DNA of 64,000 nucleotides from contig DBPR01000029.1 of assembly GCA_002305635.1 (NCBI GenBank), positions 53,281 through 117,280 of the forward strand. The letters run 5' to 3'. Positions 18,209 through 28,647 of the stretch are shown here, piece after piece. The notes beneath the pieces are model-generated. The model had not been told where the DNA came from, did no database searches, and was given only the letters and a program-made list of their open reading frames with translations. The stretch comes from Anaerolineaceae bacterium UBA1415 (GTDB lineage Bacteria; Chloroflexota; Anaerolineae; Anaerolineales; Anaerolineaceae). The position numbers and the translations under genes were made by a program. Position 1 is the stretch's first letter. Every line of letters begins with the position of its first letter.

Positions 18209-19875
18209 TAATCCCGGTATATCCTTACGTAACGGTTTGGATCTTTCCCGAACGAGCGGGAGACCAAATGGGCTTCCTTTGCCATCTCATGCTGCTCCCG
18301 ACGGATCGGAGAGGGCATGGGAGCCAAATTAATAAACTTTTCTCCTGCCTGCACCATCCGAATGGCTTGCGCGGCGGACGCCAAAGCCTCTTCGGTCAGA
18401 CTAAGGCGGGCCGGGCTTTGCCTTTGCGCAAAAGAGTCGGCCAAAAATTGTTCGATCTGGCCGCTCGAATTGCTTTTGACCACAAAGATCGGAAGGCCGC
18501 GCTCTTCTGCTTCAACGATCGGCTGCAGTCGATCGCGATAATAACGGCGTTGGGTCAGCAAAATATCTGCTTCTGCCAAATCTTTGACCACATAAGCGGC
18601 AACGCCCATGCTTTTTATGGCCTGCAGCAAGCGATTTCGGGCAACGCCAAAGGCAAATATCTTCTTTTCGCCTTCCTGCCGCTCTGGCTGCTCTTCCGGC
18701 TCATCCTGCGGAGCCAGAAAATCTTCGTACCGTTCCGCGTGGCGCTGGGTTCTGCCCGGATAGGGTTGGTTTTGCTGATTTTGGTCAGCAGTCCCGTTGT
18801 TTCGTTGAAAAGGAATTTTATCCATGCCGTTCCCTCGGCGCATGGCTTGCGAAACCGTCGGCATGTTCGGTCGGGTTTGTTTCAAAATATGAACCTTGCC
18901 GTGCTCGTCCCGAAAACGCTCCTCTGGCAAGATCGGATATCCGCGCAAGATCGAATCGACCGATGCCCCCACATCGGGGTGCACATTGACCCGCGCACGA
19001 TCCTGAATTTCGACCAGGACGGTGAAAGTTGGTGGGGCTTTGCGCTCCAAAACTGTTTTTTGAGTGCCGCGTCGGCGTGCTTCGTCATCAGAAAGCGTAA
19101 CGGAGGAGATCCCGCCCACCAGATCCGAAAGGGTCGGGTTGACCAGCAGGTTGTCCAGCGCGTTGCCGTGTGCCGTGCCGATCAATTGCACGCCGCGCTC
19201 GGCGATCGTGCGGGCTGCCAAAGCTTCCAGCTCGCGCCCGATCTCGTCGATCACGATCACTTCGGGGTTGTGATTTTCGACCGCCTCGATCATGACCTCA
19301 TGCTGCAGCGAGGGTTTCGGCACCTGCATGCGCCGCGCCCGACCTACCGCCGGATGAGGCACATCGCCGTCGCCGCCAATTTCGTTGGAGGTGTCCACGA
19401 TCACGACCCGTTTTTTCTCTGATAAGATGCGGGCCGCCTCGCGCAGCATGGTCGTTTTCCCCACGCCGGGCTTGCCCAGGATCAAAATGCTCTGACCGGA
19501 ATCGATCAGGTCTTCGATAATGCTGATGGTGCCATAAACCGCCCTACCAACGCGGCAGGTCAGACCAACCACCTCACCGCGGCGGTTGCGAATGGCTGAG
19601 ATACGGTGCAGCGTGCGTTCCATACCGGCGCGATTGTCAGCGTCAAAGTCGCTGATGCGCCCCACCACATGGTCGATATCCTTTGGCTCCACCACGCGTT
19701 CAAGCAAGGCAACTTCGCCTTCGACAAACCGAGCCGTCGGCACACGGCCCAGGTCCAGAATCACTTCCAGTAAATCGTCAAAATGATCGGCGTTCCTGAC
19801 CGCTTCCGCGATTTCCTCCGGAAAAACGTTCAGCATGGCAGCCAGATCATCGGTAATGTATTTTGTTTGTGTCAT
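18208..19875 (-). CDS. AAA ATPase with C-terminal R3H-type nucleic-acid-binding region (ycf45/SpoIIIAA-like)
   Basis: GKPGVGKTT Walker A, VIVIDEIG Walker B, a long C-terminal extension. The stop overlaps the tmk start. Confidence 0.7.
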   Translation of the reverse strand: MTQTKYITDDLAAMLNVFPEEIAEAVRNADHFDDLLEVILDLGRVPTARFVEGEVALLERVVEPKDIDHVVGRISDFDADNRAGMERTLHRISAIRNRRGEVVGLTCRVGRAVYGTISIIEDLIDSGQSILILGKPGVGKTTMLREAARILSEKKRVVIVDTSNEIGGDGDVPHPAVGRARRMQVPKPSLQHEVMIEAVENHNPEVIVIDEIGRELEALAARTIAERGVQLIGTAHGNALDNLLVNPTLSDLVGGISSVTLSDDEARRRGTQKTVLERKAPPTFTVLVEIQDRARVNVHPDVGASVDSILRGYPILPEERFRDEHGKVHILKQTRPNMPTVSQAMRRGNGMDKIPFQRNNGTADQNQQNQPYPGRTQRHAERYEDFLAPQDEPEEQPERQEGEKKIFAFGVARNRLLQAIKSMGVAAYVVKDLAEADILLTQRRYYRDRLQPIVEAEERGLPIFVVKSNSSGQIEQFLADSFAQRQSPARLSLTEEALASAAQAIRMVQAGEKFINLAPMPSPIRREQHEMAKEAHLVSRSFGKDPNRYVRIYRD

Positions 19876-19992
19876 TCTTTCGTTCTTTTAATGCATGCGC
19901 CATTAAACGCGCAAAGTTAATTTGTCTGCAATCATTCTAACTTATTCCAGCAGTTTTTTCGCCCCTTTGAATAGTTTCTTACGGAATTTTTA

Positions 19993-21162
19993 TTAAATGC
20001 TGAGAATCTGGGTGGCAACTGCCGAGGCGGTGGCTGCCAGACTTTGCGTCATGGCGATCCTGGCGTTGGGGATCTGGTTCGCGCCTGCCTCGCCGCGCAG
20101 CTGTAAACAAGCTTCCACCACCTGAAAAACGCCCGAAGCGCCCAGTGGGAAACCGCGTGCCTTGTGCCCGCCCATGGTCGCCACCGGCAGCGTGCCCTGC
20201 AGAGTCAACGCGCCTTCACCAGCCAGCTTCCAGCCTTCCCCTCGGGGCGCGAAGCCAGCCGCTTCCAGCGAAAGGACAGCATGCAAGGTCGTATTGTCAG
20301 AATACTCAAAGAAATCCACCATCGCCAGCTCGATCCCAGCCTTTAGCAAAGCCTTTTGGGTCGAAACAGCCGCTGCTTCAAAGAACAGTGGATCGCGGCG
20401 GTCATGGATCGCCAGACGGTCGGTAATATAGGAAGAGCTCACCAGACGAACAGCGTTATGGCGCAGGTCTTTGGGTATCTGATCTCCCCGCACAAGAATC
20501 AGCGCGGCGGCTCCATCGGCATTGGGCGCCAGATCAAAGGTCGAGAATCCTCCCGGATCGCCGATCCCTTTCATATAGGTCTTCTCATCGATCGCCTTGC
20601 GGAACATGGCTCTCGGATTATTCACCCCGTTTGCATGCGCGATCATCGGGAAACCCGCCAAAGCTTCCCGCGGTACCTGGTTTTCAAAAAGATATCGCTG
20701 CAGCAAAAGCGATGCCTGCCCGGTCAGCGTTAGCCCTTCCGAGGCTTCAAAGTCAGAATCGATGCCGGTTGAGAGCAAACGGCTCTCGATCCCGGCGCCG
20801 ACGACATCGGTGGTCTTTTCCACCCCTACGACCGCCGCCACGTCAATCATTCCTGAGCGAATCGCGTTCCAGGCAGCATAAAGCGCCGCGCCACCGGAGG
20901 CTTCAGCCGTCTCTACCGTAAAACCTTCCGCCTTGCCAGCCAGCCCGGCATATTCATTGATCAAGGATGCCAGGTTTGCCTGCCTTGAGGCATTGGCTGC
21001 CAACATATTGCCAACAAAAACAGCTTCGGGTTCAAGTCCATTGGCATCAGCCATGGCATCCCGCAACGCGCTCGAACCTAATTGACGCAGCGAAAGATCC
21101 CAAAGCTCACCAAGTTCGGTTTGCGCAATGCCAATGATAAAAACGTCGTTGGTTCGTTTCAT
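19993..21162 (-). CDS. Thiolase-domain protein (archaeal-type acetoacetyl-CoA thiolase)
   Basis: 389-aa thiolase-fold ORF whose start abuts the stop of the HMG-CoA synthase gene. Confidence 0.75.
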   Translation of the reverse strand: MKRTNDVFIIGIAQTELGELWDLSLRQLGSSALRDAMADANGLEPEAVFVGNMLAANASRQANLASLINEYAGLAGKAEGFTVETAEASGGAALYAAWNAIRSGMIDVAAVVGVEKTTDVVGAGIESRLLSTGIDSDFEASEGLTLTGQASLLLQRYLFENQVPREALAGFPMIAHANGVNNPRAMFRKAIDEKTYMKGIGDPGGFSTFDLAPNADGAAALILVRGDQIPKDLRHNAVRLVSSSYITDRLAIHDRRDPLFFEAAAVSTQKALLKAGIELAMVDFFEYSDNTTLHAVLSLEAAGFAPRGEGWKLAGEGALTLQGTLPVATMGGHKARGFPLGASGVFQVVEACLQLRGEAGANQIPNARIAMTQSLAATASAVATQILSI

Positions 21163-22247
21163 CAGCGCATCCGAATCTCACCGCGATAGCGTAGATAGGT
21201 GGCGTAATCAATCTCGGTGCGTCGATTGATGTAATCCTGCGTCGAAAGCGCGTTGCCTCGGCGTTTTTTCAGCGCTTTTCGCACTTTTAGAATGAAGGAA
21301 TCGGAACCAGACCCGGAACCGTAGGAAGTCATCAGGATCAGGTCGCCTTCCTTCGCGATATCCAGAACAGCGGTCAGCCCGATCAGCGCGGCGCCTGAAT
21401 AGGTGTTGCCGATCACAGGCGCCAGCAAACCGGGCGCGATCTGCTCGTTCGTGAAGCCGAGGGATTTGGCGATCCGCTGCGGGAACTTGGCATTGGGCTG
21501 ATGGAAGACGGCATAGGCAAAATCACTGGCTTTCAGCCCGGTTTCAGCCATGATCGTGCTGGCAGAATTGCCAACATGTTCAAAATAGGCCGGTTCACCC
21601 GTGAAACGCTGCCCATGTTCGGGGTAAACCTGGTATTCCCGACGCCAGAAATCGGGCGTATCGGAAACAAAGCTGTAACTCGCTTCAATATTGACCAGCG
21701 CGGAGCGCTGCGGGCCAATAATATAAGCTGCGCCGCCACTCGCAGCGGTGAATTCCAGCGCGTCGCCGGGCTTGCCTTGCGCGGTATCCATGCCGATCGC
21801 CAGAGCATAGTCGCCCATGCCCGACCCGACCATCGCGATGGCTGCCACCATCGCCTCGGTGCCGGCCTTGCAGGCAAACTCCCAGTCGCCCGACTGAATG
21901 TCATTCGACGCGCCAATTGCTTCCGCCACCACGGTACCGCTTGGCTTGACCGCGTAGGGGTGTGATTCCGAACCAATCCAAACCGCCCGCAGCTCCTGGG
22001 CTGAAATTTCCGCCCGCTTCAAGGCGTTGCGCGCGGCTTCGATAGACATCGTGATCACATCTTCGTCCAAACCCGCCACCGCTTTTTCCTTGACCGGGAA
22101 GCCGCCTTCGCTGCCCCAGATGCGGGCGATCTCTTTGGCGGGCAAGCGGTAACGCGGCACATAGGCGCCGTAGCCGATGATGCCGACTTTGACCTTGGGC
22201 ACCAACAATTTGCTTTTTTCAGCTTGAGAAAGCACTTCTTTTTTCAT
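21162..22247 (-). CDS. Hydroxymethylglutaryl-CoA synthase, archaeal-type
   Basis: [15 protein letters not shown]-terminus and the ~350-aa size typical of the archaeal HMGCS clade. It lies between the HMGR and thiolase genes. Confidence 0.8.
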   Translation of the reverse strand: MKKEVLSQAEKSKLLVPKVKVGIIGYGAYVPRYRLPAKEIARIWGSEGGFPVKEKAVAGLDEDVITMSIEAARNALKRAEISAQELRAVWIGSESHPYAVKPSGTVVAEAIGASNDIQSGDWEFACKAGTEAMVAAIAMVGSGMGDYALAIGMDTAQGKPGDALEFTAASGGAAYIIGPQRSALVNIEASYSFVSDTPDFWRREYQVYPEHGQRFTGEPAYFEHVGNSASTIMAETGLKASDFAYAVFHQPNAKFPQRIAKSLGFTNEQIAPGLLAPVIGNTYSGAALIGLTAVLDIAKEGDLILMTSYGSGSGSDSFILKVRKALKKRRGNALSTQDYINRRTEIDYATYLRYRGEIRMR

Positions 22248-22248
22248 C

Positions 22249-23562
22249 TTATTTTCCGTTCCACTGCGCCAGAATCTCCTGCGCGCGTGTTAATTTTATG
22301 TTCTTTTCTTCCACTAACATTTTGGCCAGGCGATCAACCTGCTCGGGCTTCGCTCCGGCTGTCAGCGCGATCTGACGGGCGTGCAGGCTCATATGCCCGC
22401 GCTGGATGCCTTCGGTCGCCAACGCGCGCAGTGCTCCCAGGTTTTGTGCCAAACCGACCGCCGCGGCGATCCCGCCCAATTCGGCAACGGTCTTTACGCC
22501 CATCAATTTGAGGCTTGCCTGAGCGGTCGGGTGCAGTTTGGTTGCCCCACCCACAATGCCCAGCGCCATCGGCAGTTCGATGAAGCCCAAAAGATCGCCA
22601 TTCTCAGCCTTTGACCATTGCGTAAGGCTGCGGTATCGCCCAGAGCGCGCCGCGTAGGCGTGCGCCCCGGCTTCGACCGCGCGCCAGTCATTGGCGCAAG
22701 CCAGCACGACCGCGTCAATGCCGTTCATCACGCCCTTGTTGTGGGTCGCGGCACGATAGGGGTCGCAGTCCGCGAAAGCCCAGGCTTCGATGATGCCGTC
22801 GCGCACTTCTTCGCCAGAATAATCGCCAAAAGCCAGCTCCGCCAGGGCAAAACGAGCCCTTGCCCATGCCAGCCGTCGGTCGCTCAGGTTGGAGAGGATG
22901 CGCAAATGCACGCGACCGCCCGTTATTTCCTCGATCGGGCTTGCCAGATGCTCGAGCATGCTGTTGATCAGGTTCGCGCCCATCGCGTCCTGCACGTCCA
23001 CGATCAGGTGCACGACCAAAAACGCGCCGATAGGCGAATCCTCGATCACGCGGACTTCAAGATTGCGCGGACCGCCCCCGTATTTTGCCAGATTGGGGTG
23101 AAAAGCCGCAGCTTTCGCCAGGAGCGCCTCTTTTTCTTCCAAAACCTGCGCGGCGGCCTGGTGCGGATCAGCCAGATCCAGCACCTGCAGCTGCCCGATC
23201 ATCTCTTGCGAGCGCATACCAGCCTCAAAACCGCCGCTTGCTTTTGCGAGTTTTGCCATAAAGGAAGCGCTGGCGACAACGGAAGGCTCTTCGATCGCCA
23301 TCGGCACCAGAACCTCCCGCCCGTTGATGAAGAAGTTCTGGGCAATGCCCAGCGGCAGGCTGTACAGCCCGACCACGTTTTCGATCATGCCGTTGGCGCT
23401 CTCCAGGCTCAAGCCGCCATTGGGATTAAATCCCTTCAGATCTTCGGGTTTTAGACCAGTCCGTTCCTTCAGCGTCTCCAGCCGTTCGGGAATGCTTTGT
23501 TGATAAAACTTTTTATTCATGGTCAAATCCATTTTCATCCGACGATATTTATAGCAATCCAA
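22249..23562 (-). CDS. Hydroxymethylglutaryl-CoA reductase, class II
   Basis: EEPSVVA, DAMGAN, GTVGG-like IVGGATK blocks. The start is uncertain, with alternative in-frame ATGs at 23538, 23532 and 23520. Confidence 0.85.
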   Translation of the reverse strand: MDCYKYRRMKMDLTMNKKFYQQSIPERLETLKERTGLKPEDLKGFNPNGGLSLESANGMIENVVGLYSLPLGIAQNFFINGREVLVPMAIEEPSVVASASFMAKLAKASGGFEAGMRSQEMIGQLQVLDLADPHQAAAQVLEEKEALLAKAAAFHPNLAKYGGGPRNLEVRVIEDSPIGAFLVVHLIVDVQDAMGANLINSMLEHLASPIEEITGGRVHLRILSNLSDRRLAWARARFALAELAFGDYSGEEVRDGIIEAWAFADCDPYRAATHNKGVMNGIDAVVLACANDWRAVEAGAHAYAARSGRYRSLTQWSKAENGDLLGFIELPMALGIVGGATKLHPTAQASLKLMGVKTVAELGGIAAAVGLAQNLGALRALATEGIQRGHMSLHARQIALTAGAKPEQVDRLAKMLVEEKNIKLTRAQEILAQWNGK

Positions 23563-23677
23563 GGCTCTAAAAAACTATCAGATTAGCGTTTTATAAGAAA
23601 ATTCCCGATGTAAAAGCCTTTGTATTGAACATATTACTCACTTTCCTTATACTTCCAACAGCAAAAAAGAGGTAACC

Positions 23678-24643
23678 ATGACAGAATTTTCTGAAAACAT
23701 TTATGACGTTTTGATCATTGGCGGAGGTCCCGCTGGAGCAACCGCCGCCATTTACGCCGCGCGGGCAGGCCTGAAGGTGGGCATTCTTGACAAGGGTCTT
23801 ACGACCGGCGCACTGGGCACGACCAGCAAGATCGCCAACTACCCCGGCATCGAAGGTGAGATCGCAGGGGCAGAACTCCTGCAGATCATGCGCAAACAGG
23901 CGCAAGCCTTCGGCGCGGAATTCATCAACGATAAAGCCATCGGCACCGATCTGATCAGCGAACCCCGTTCCGTTTTTGGCAACTTTAATGTCTACAACGC
24001 CCGTTCGATCATCATCGCGACTGGCTCCATGGGTCGCAGCAACCTGATCAAGGGTGAAGCAGAATTGCTCGGACGAGGTGTTTCCTACTGCGCCGTTTGT
24101 GATGCCGCCTTCTTTAAAGGAAAGGATGTCGCTGTGATCGGGAAGAGCGATGAGGCGGTCGAAGAGGCTTCCTACCTGACGCGCTTTGCCAAAACCGTTC
24201 ATTTCTTTGCGCCAGGGACGGAAATTAACGTAAGCGAATCCGAATTGGCAGAGCTGAGCCGCAAGCCTAATGTCGTCATGCACCTGGGCAGCATGGTCAG
24301 GGAGATCTACGGAGAAAACAAGGTCGAGGGCTTGCGCTTTATCAGGCGCGAAAGCGGTTCAGTCGAAGAAAGCGTTGCGATCGAAGGCGCCTTTGTTTAT
24401 CTGCAGGGCGGAAAACCGATCACTGATTTCCTGCAGGGGCAGCTCGAGGTCTCAGAACTTGGTTGTTTGCAGGTTGACCGTGAAAACCAGACCAATATCC
24501 CCGGCGTTTACGCCATCGGCGACGTGATCTGTGTTCACGTTAAACAAGCCGTCATCGCTGCCGGCGACGGCGCCATTGCAGCCATCGCCGCCGAAAAATG
24601 GCTCAGGGGAAAATCGAAGGCAAGGGTTGATTGGGGAAAGTAA
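23678..24643 (+). CDS. trxB: Thioredoxin-disulfide reductase
   Basis: GGGPAG FAD motif and redox-active CAVC. Confidence 0.9.
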   Translation: MTEFSENIYDVLIIGGGPAGATAAIYAARAGLKVGILDKGLTTGALGTTSKIANYPGIEGEIAGAELLQIMRKQAQAFGAEFINDKAIGTDLISEPRSVFGNFNVYNARSIIIATGSMGRSNLIKGEAELLGRGVSYCAVCDAAFFKGKDVAVIGKSDEAVEEASYLTRFAKTVHFFAPGTEINVSESELAELSRKPNVVMHLGSMVREIYGENKVEGLRFIRRESGSVEESVAIEGAFVYLQGGKPITDFLQGQLEVSELGCLQVDRENQTNIPGVYAIGDVICVHVKQAVIAAGDGAIAAIAAEKWLRGKSKARVDWGK

Positions 24644-24723
24644 ACTCTGGAATCTATCGATGATCATCAAAAGGTCCTCGCGAATCATTTTGCCACAAAT
24701 CAAAAAATGGTTACAATTGGGCA

Positions 24724-25476
24724 ATGCCGAATCTGATTCCTGAAGACCTTGACAAAGCCGCCCAGCGCGGGGAGCCTTCGCACGTCTGGCGTGCCGGGCA
24801 GGAGCGCCGCTTTGCCATGCTCAAAAATGCCGCCGGGGAGCGCCTTAATGGGCTGGTGCTGGTGGACGGCAGCGGGGTGGGCACTTATCTCTCCCGCCTT
24901 GTCCCCGTTTCCGGAAAGGTTGTTGGCTTTGATATTGAACTGCCCCGCGTGCGGGATTGCCGCGTTTTCAGCCCAAACACTTACTGCGCGGCTGGCGAAC
25001 ATATCCCCCATCCCGAGAATACTTTTGATCTGGTCTTCAGTCACGAAGTGCTTGAGCACGTTCAGGACGACCACCTGGCGATTCAGGAGATGGTGCGCGT
25101 GCTCAAACCTGGCGGGCGCATCGTGCTCTTTTGCCCAAACCGCGGTTATCCCTTTGAGACCCACGGGCATTACTGGAAAGGGAAGTATCACTTCGGCAAC
25201 ACGCCGCTGATCAACTGGCTGCCCCGAAAATGGCGCGACAAGCTCGCCCCGCATGTTGAGGTCTATACTCGCAAAGACCTGGCGAAGTTATTTGAGGGCT
25301 TACCGGTGCGCTTCATCGAACAGCGCACGATCTTTGGAGCCTATGACAACATCATCGAGCGCCGTCCTGCTTTCGGCAAAGCCCTGCGCGCGTTTTTACA
25401 ATTCCTCGAAAAAACGCCCCTGCAGCGCCTCGGTCTCTCCCATTTTTGGGTAATTGAGAAGACCGCAAAAAAGTAG
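24724..25476 (+). CDS. Class I SAM-dependent methyltransferase
   Basis: VLVDGSGVG motif I and methyltransferase-11-like LKPGGRIVL. Confidence 0.7.
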   Translation: MPNLIPEDLDKAAQRGEPSHVWRAGQERRFAMLKNAAGERLNGLVLVDGSGVGTYLSRLVPVSGKVVGFDIELPRVRDCRVFSPNTYCAAGEHIPHPENTFDLVFSHEVLEHVQDDHLAIQEMVRVLKPGGRIVLFCPNRGYPFETHGHYWKGKYHFGNTPLINWLPRKWRDKLAPHVEVYTRKDLAKLFEGLPVRFIEQRTIFGAYDNIIERRPAFGKALRAFLQFLEKTPLQRLGLSHFWVIEKTAKK

Positions 25477-25605
25477 GCCGGATTCCTCGTTTGAATCCGG
25501 CATAAGAAAGCCGATCAAACAATGCTGGATCAAAACCCGGCATATTGAGCGCTTCAAACCTTCGCCGGATTGAACCACGCAATATCCAGACAATGTCCGG
25601 CCTAC
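25473..25605. repeat. GTAGG-headed inverted-repeat element filling a convergent intergenic gap
   Basis: GTAGGCCGGA (25473-) against TCCGGCCTAC (-25605). The inner hairpin is GCCGGATTC-ctcgttt-GAATCCGGC. The TAG stop of the upstream methyltransferase lies inside the GTAGG head. Confidence 0.5.
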
Positions 25606-25608
25606 ATC

Positions 25609-26964
25609 TTAATTAAGCAAAATCCTCACCTGATTGCCGTTTAATCGCACCGTCAAAACACCATCTTCAACCACAAAAAGCTCATTATCCGCCAGGGCAT
25701 CGCAAAGGTGCCAACCATCCATTTCTGGCAGATTCATCTTTAGCTCGACCGCTTCCTTGCTGCTGTTTGCGATGACCACTGCGCGATTTTCAGCGCAAAT
25801 TCGCAAAAACGCAAGCTGACTTGGAGCAACATGCAGCGTTCGATAGTCCCCATACAGCAATGCGGGGCTATTCCGGCGAATGGCTGCCAGCTTCCCGATC
25901 CAGCCCCTCAGGTCAAAGCCATGTTCCTGATCTTGCAAGGCTGGCAAATCGAAAGCCGGGCGCAGATTCCAGTCATCCGACTGCTTATATGCCTCAAAGC
26001 CGAACTCACTGCCATAATAGACCGAAGGCAAGCCCGGAAAACTAAACATGAGCGCATAGAGCGGGTAGAGGTGCTGCTTGTCCCGCAGCTGGCTGGCGAT
26101 GCGCGTCACATCGTGATTATCAACAAAGTTATACATCGTTGGCAAATGCGCGTACATGCCGCCCTGAGCAAACTGCCGGTTGAGGCTGTGAGCAAGCTCA
26201 AAAAAGTTGTTGTCATTCAAAGAGGAATAGCTGCTTTTGTAAAGCTCGTAATTTGTGGTGGCGTGCAGCATTTTGTCATTCGCCCAGGCGCGATGGTCGC
26301 CGTGGATCACCTCACCCATCAGCCAAAGACCCGGGTGGTTTTGGTCAACAAAGTCCCGTAAGTGAATCATAAACTCCGGGCTAAGCGCGTCGGCCGCGTC
26401 CAACCGGATGCCGTCGATCCCAAATTCTTCCACCCACATGCTGATCGCGCCAAAAAGATGCCCGCGCACATCAGGATTGGCAAGGTTGAGCTTGACCAGG
26501 TCAAAATGTCCGTTCCAGGCCAGGTAGGAAAAAGGATCACCAAAGGGGCTGTCTTGCTCAAAATTGACCCCGGCGAACCAATCTTTATAAGGCGATTGAT
26601 GCAAATTTTGCTGCAGGTCCCGAAAAGCCCAGAAATGCCTGCCGACATGGTTGAAGACGCCATCCAAAACCAGCTTCATCCCGCGGGCGTGCAGGCTCTG
26701 ACTCAATTTCGCCAGATCCTGCCGCCTTCCCAGACGGCGGTCAAGGTGATAATAGTCAGCGGTGTCATAGCCGTGTGAGCCTGACTCAAAAACAGGCCCA
26801 AGGTAAATCGCGGTTGCCCCCAGGTTTTGAATATGATCCAGCCAGTTCTCAATGCGCAAGATGCGCGCCTGAGGCTCGCTGTAAAAATCATTCATCTTGG
26901 GCGCGTCGCAGGCGCCCAAAGGGTAAATGTGGTAAAAAATGTCGTTTTGATTAATCTTCATCAT
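25609..26964 (-). CDS. GH13 alpha-amylase-family glycoside hydrolase
   Basis: GIDGIRLDAADAL, GEVIHGD and FVDNHD catalytic-region blocks. Confidence 0.85.
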   Translation of the reverse strand: MMKINQNDIFYHIYPLGACDAPKMNDFYSEPQARILRIENWLDHIQNLGATAIYLGPVFESGSHGYDTADYYHLDRRLGRRQDLAKLSQSLHARGMKLVLDGVFNHVGRHFWAFRDLQQNLHQSPYKDWFAGVNFEQDSPFGDPFSYLAWNGHFDLVKLNLANPDVRGHLFGAISMWVEEFGIDGIRLDAADALSPEFMIHLRDFVDQNHPGLWLMGEVIHGDHRAWANDKMLHATTNYELYKSSYSSLNDNNFFELAHSLNRQFAQGGMYAHLPTMYNFVDNHDVTRIASQLRDKQHLYPLYALMFSFPGLPSVYYGSEFGFEAYKQSDDWNLRPAFDLPALQDQEHGFDLRGWIGKLAAIRRNSPALLYGDYRTLHVAPSQLAFLRICAENRAVVIANSSKEAVELKMNLPEMDGWHLCDALADNELFVVEDGVLTVRLNGNQVRILLN

Positions 26965-27011
26965 TCAATCCTCCTCTATACCCGCAGGTATAGTCTGATA
27001 AGCAAAAAAAA

Positions 27012-27578
27012 TTACGAGAAGATCCCGTACATAAATTGCTGCCGCGCGCGGTATAGTATCTCGTCTTCGAGATAGCTGTTGTCTTCAAATGCCTGATGGA
27101 TATAGGCATGGATCATGCCGTGCAGGGTGATCGTGTTCGCGTTGGCATGCCCGCGCAGGTTGCCGTGGTCCGCCTCAGCCTTGCTGAACAGGCTGTGGAC
27201 AGGCCCGTATTGTGCCTTCACCCAGGGTCGGATGATCTCAAAAGTCTCGGAGCGGGTCGGCGCGTTGCGCATCGCGTATTGCAATTTGTAAAAGAGCGGA
27301 TTACTCTCCGCGAAACGGAAATACGCCCGTATCACCTGCTCGAGATTAAGCGTCAGGTCACGCCGATAGTCACAGGCGTCGTTGAGCCTCGCGATAAAGG
27401 TCGTGAAGTTCTCTTTTAATAGTGCCTCCATCAACCCGCGCTTGCTTCTGAAATAATGGTAGAGCGTCGGCTTGGTGATCCCGGAAGCGTCACAAATATC
27501 CTGGATCACCGCCGCCTCATAGCCATAGGAGGCAAAATGCAGCAGCGCGTTTTCAAGGATCACGGCACGGTTATTCAT
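27012..27578 (-). CDS. TetR-family transcriptional regulator
   Basis: N-terminal HTH (FASYGYEAAVIQDICDASGITKPTLYHYF). I chose the start at 27578 (MNNRAVIL) so that the 16-bp palindrome stays outside the CDS. Confidence 0.8.
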   Translation of the reverse strand: MNNRAVILENALLHFASYGYEAAVIQDICDASGITKPTLYHYFRSKRGLMEALLKENFTTFIARLNDACDYRRDLTLNLEQVIRAYFRFAESNPLFYKLQYAMRNAPTRSETFEIIRPWVKAQYGPVHSLFSKAEADHGNLRGHANANTITLHGMIHAYIHQAFEDNSYLEDEILYRARQQFMYGIFS

Positions 27579-27587
27579 GCGAGTCAG

Positions 27588-27603
27588 TATACCAATTGGT
27601 ATA
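27588..27603. promoter_or_regulatory. Perfect 16-bp palindrome, candidate TetR operator overlapping an extended -10
   Basis: TATACCAATTGGTATA sits in the divergent TetR/ABC region. TGGTATAAT (27597-27605) reads as an extended -10 toward the ABC genes. Confidence 0.55.
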
Positions 27604-27702
27604 ATAGATGTCAAGTTGGACGTCCCCCTACTCCTAACGTTAGTCTTTAACCTGTCTTTGTGAAAAGTTCATGAAAGGTATAATTAACCTGAAAGGAAGA
27701 GA

Positions 27703-28647
27703 ATGATCAAGACACAAAAAATCAGCAAAACCTTCAGGATCGGGAAGAAAGGGCAGACGGAGCTGCAGGCGGTTCAGAACCTGACTCTCGAAGTTGACAA
27801 AGGCGAGGTTTTTGGCTTTCTTGGCCCCAACGGCGCCGGCAAGACGACAACGGTGCGCATGCTGACCGCCCTGATCCGACCCAGCACAGGGCAAGCACAA
27901 ATTGCCGGCTACGAATTAGGCAAACAAGACACCGAGATCCGCCGCAATGTTGGCATCCTGACCGAATCGCCCGGCATGTACGAACGCTTGTCCGCCGAAA
28001 AGAACCTGACCATCTTTGCCAACCTTTACGACGTCCCGGATGTCGCTCAGGCGGTCAACAAATATCTCAGCATGCTCGGGCTATGGGAGCGGCGTTACGA
28101 CGCGGTCGGCAGCTTTTCGAAGGGCATGCGCCAAAAACTGGCAGTCGCGCGGGCGCTCATCCACGAGCCGCAGATCCTCTTCCTCGACGAACCGACCACC
28201 GGGCTTGACCCCGAAGCCGCCAAAACGGTACGCAATTTTATCGAAGAACTCAAAACGCAGGGGCGCACAATCTTCATGACCACGCACAATCTCGACGAAG
28301 CGGAAAGGCTCTGCGACCGCGTTGGCATCTTCAGGCAACAATTGCTCACGCTCGACACTCCCGCCAACCTGCGAAAACAGCTTTTTGGTCGCAAAGTCGT
28401 CTTCCACTTACGGGAGGTCAACCCCATCTGGGTAGAGGAAGTGAGCAAGTTGGACGGGATCAGCCATGTCGAGATCGTTGAAAACAAACTGGTCGTCTCG
28501 ATGCAGGATCCCGAGCAGAGCAACCCGATCATCATCCAATATCTGGTTGGTGTTGGCGCCCAGATCCTTTTTGTTGGCGAACTGCGCCATTCTCTCGAGC
28601 AGATCTACCTCGAAATGGTCAAGACCAGTCAGGGAGGCAGCTTATGA
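27703..28647 (+). CDS. ABC transporter ATP-binding protein (ABC-2 type exporter)
   Basis: GPNGAGKTT, SKGMRQKL, LFLDEPT. Confidence 0.85.
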   Translation: MIKTQKISKTFRIGKKGQTELQAVQNLTLEVDKGEVFGFLGPNGAGKTTTVRMLTALIRPSTGQAQIAGYELGKQDTEIRRNVGILTESPGMYERLSAEKNLTIFANLYDVPDVAQAVNKYLSMLGLWERRYDAVGSFSKGMRQKLAVARALIHEPQILFLDEPTTGLDPEAAKTVRNFIEELKTQGRTIFMTTHNLDEAERLCDRVGIFRQQLLTLDTPANLRKQLFGRKVVFHLREVNPIWVEEVSKLDGISHVEIVENKLVVSMQDPEQSNPIIIQYLVGVGAQILFVGELRHSLEQIYLEMVKTSQGGSL

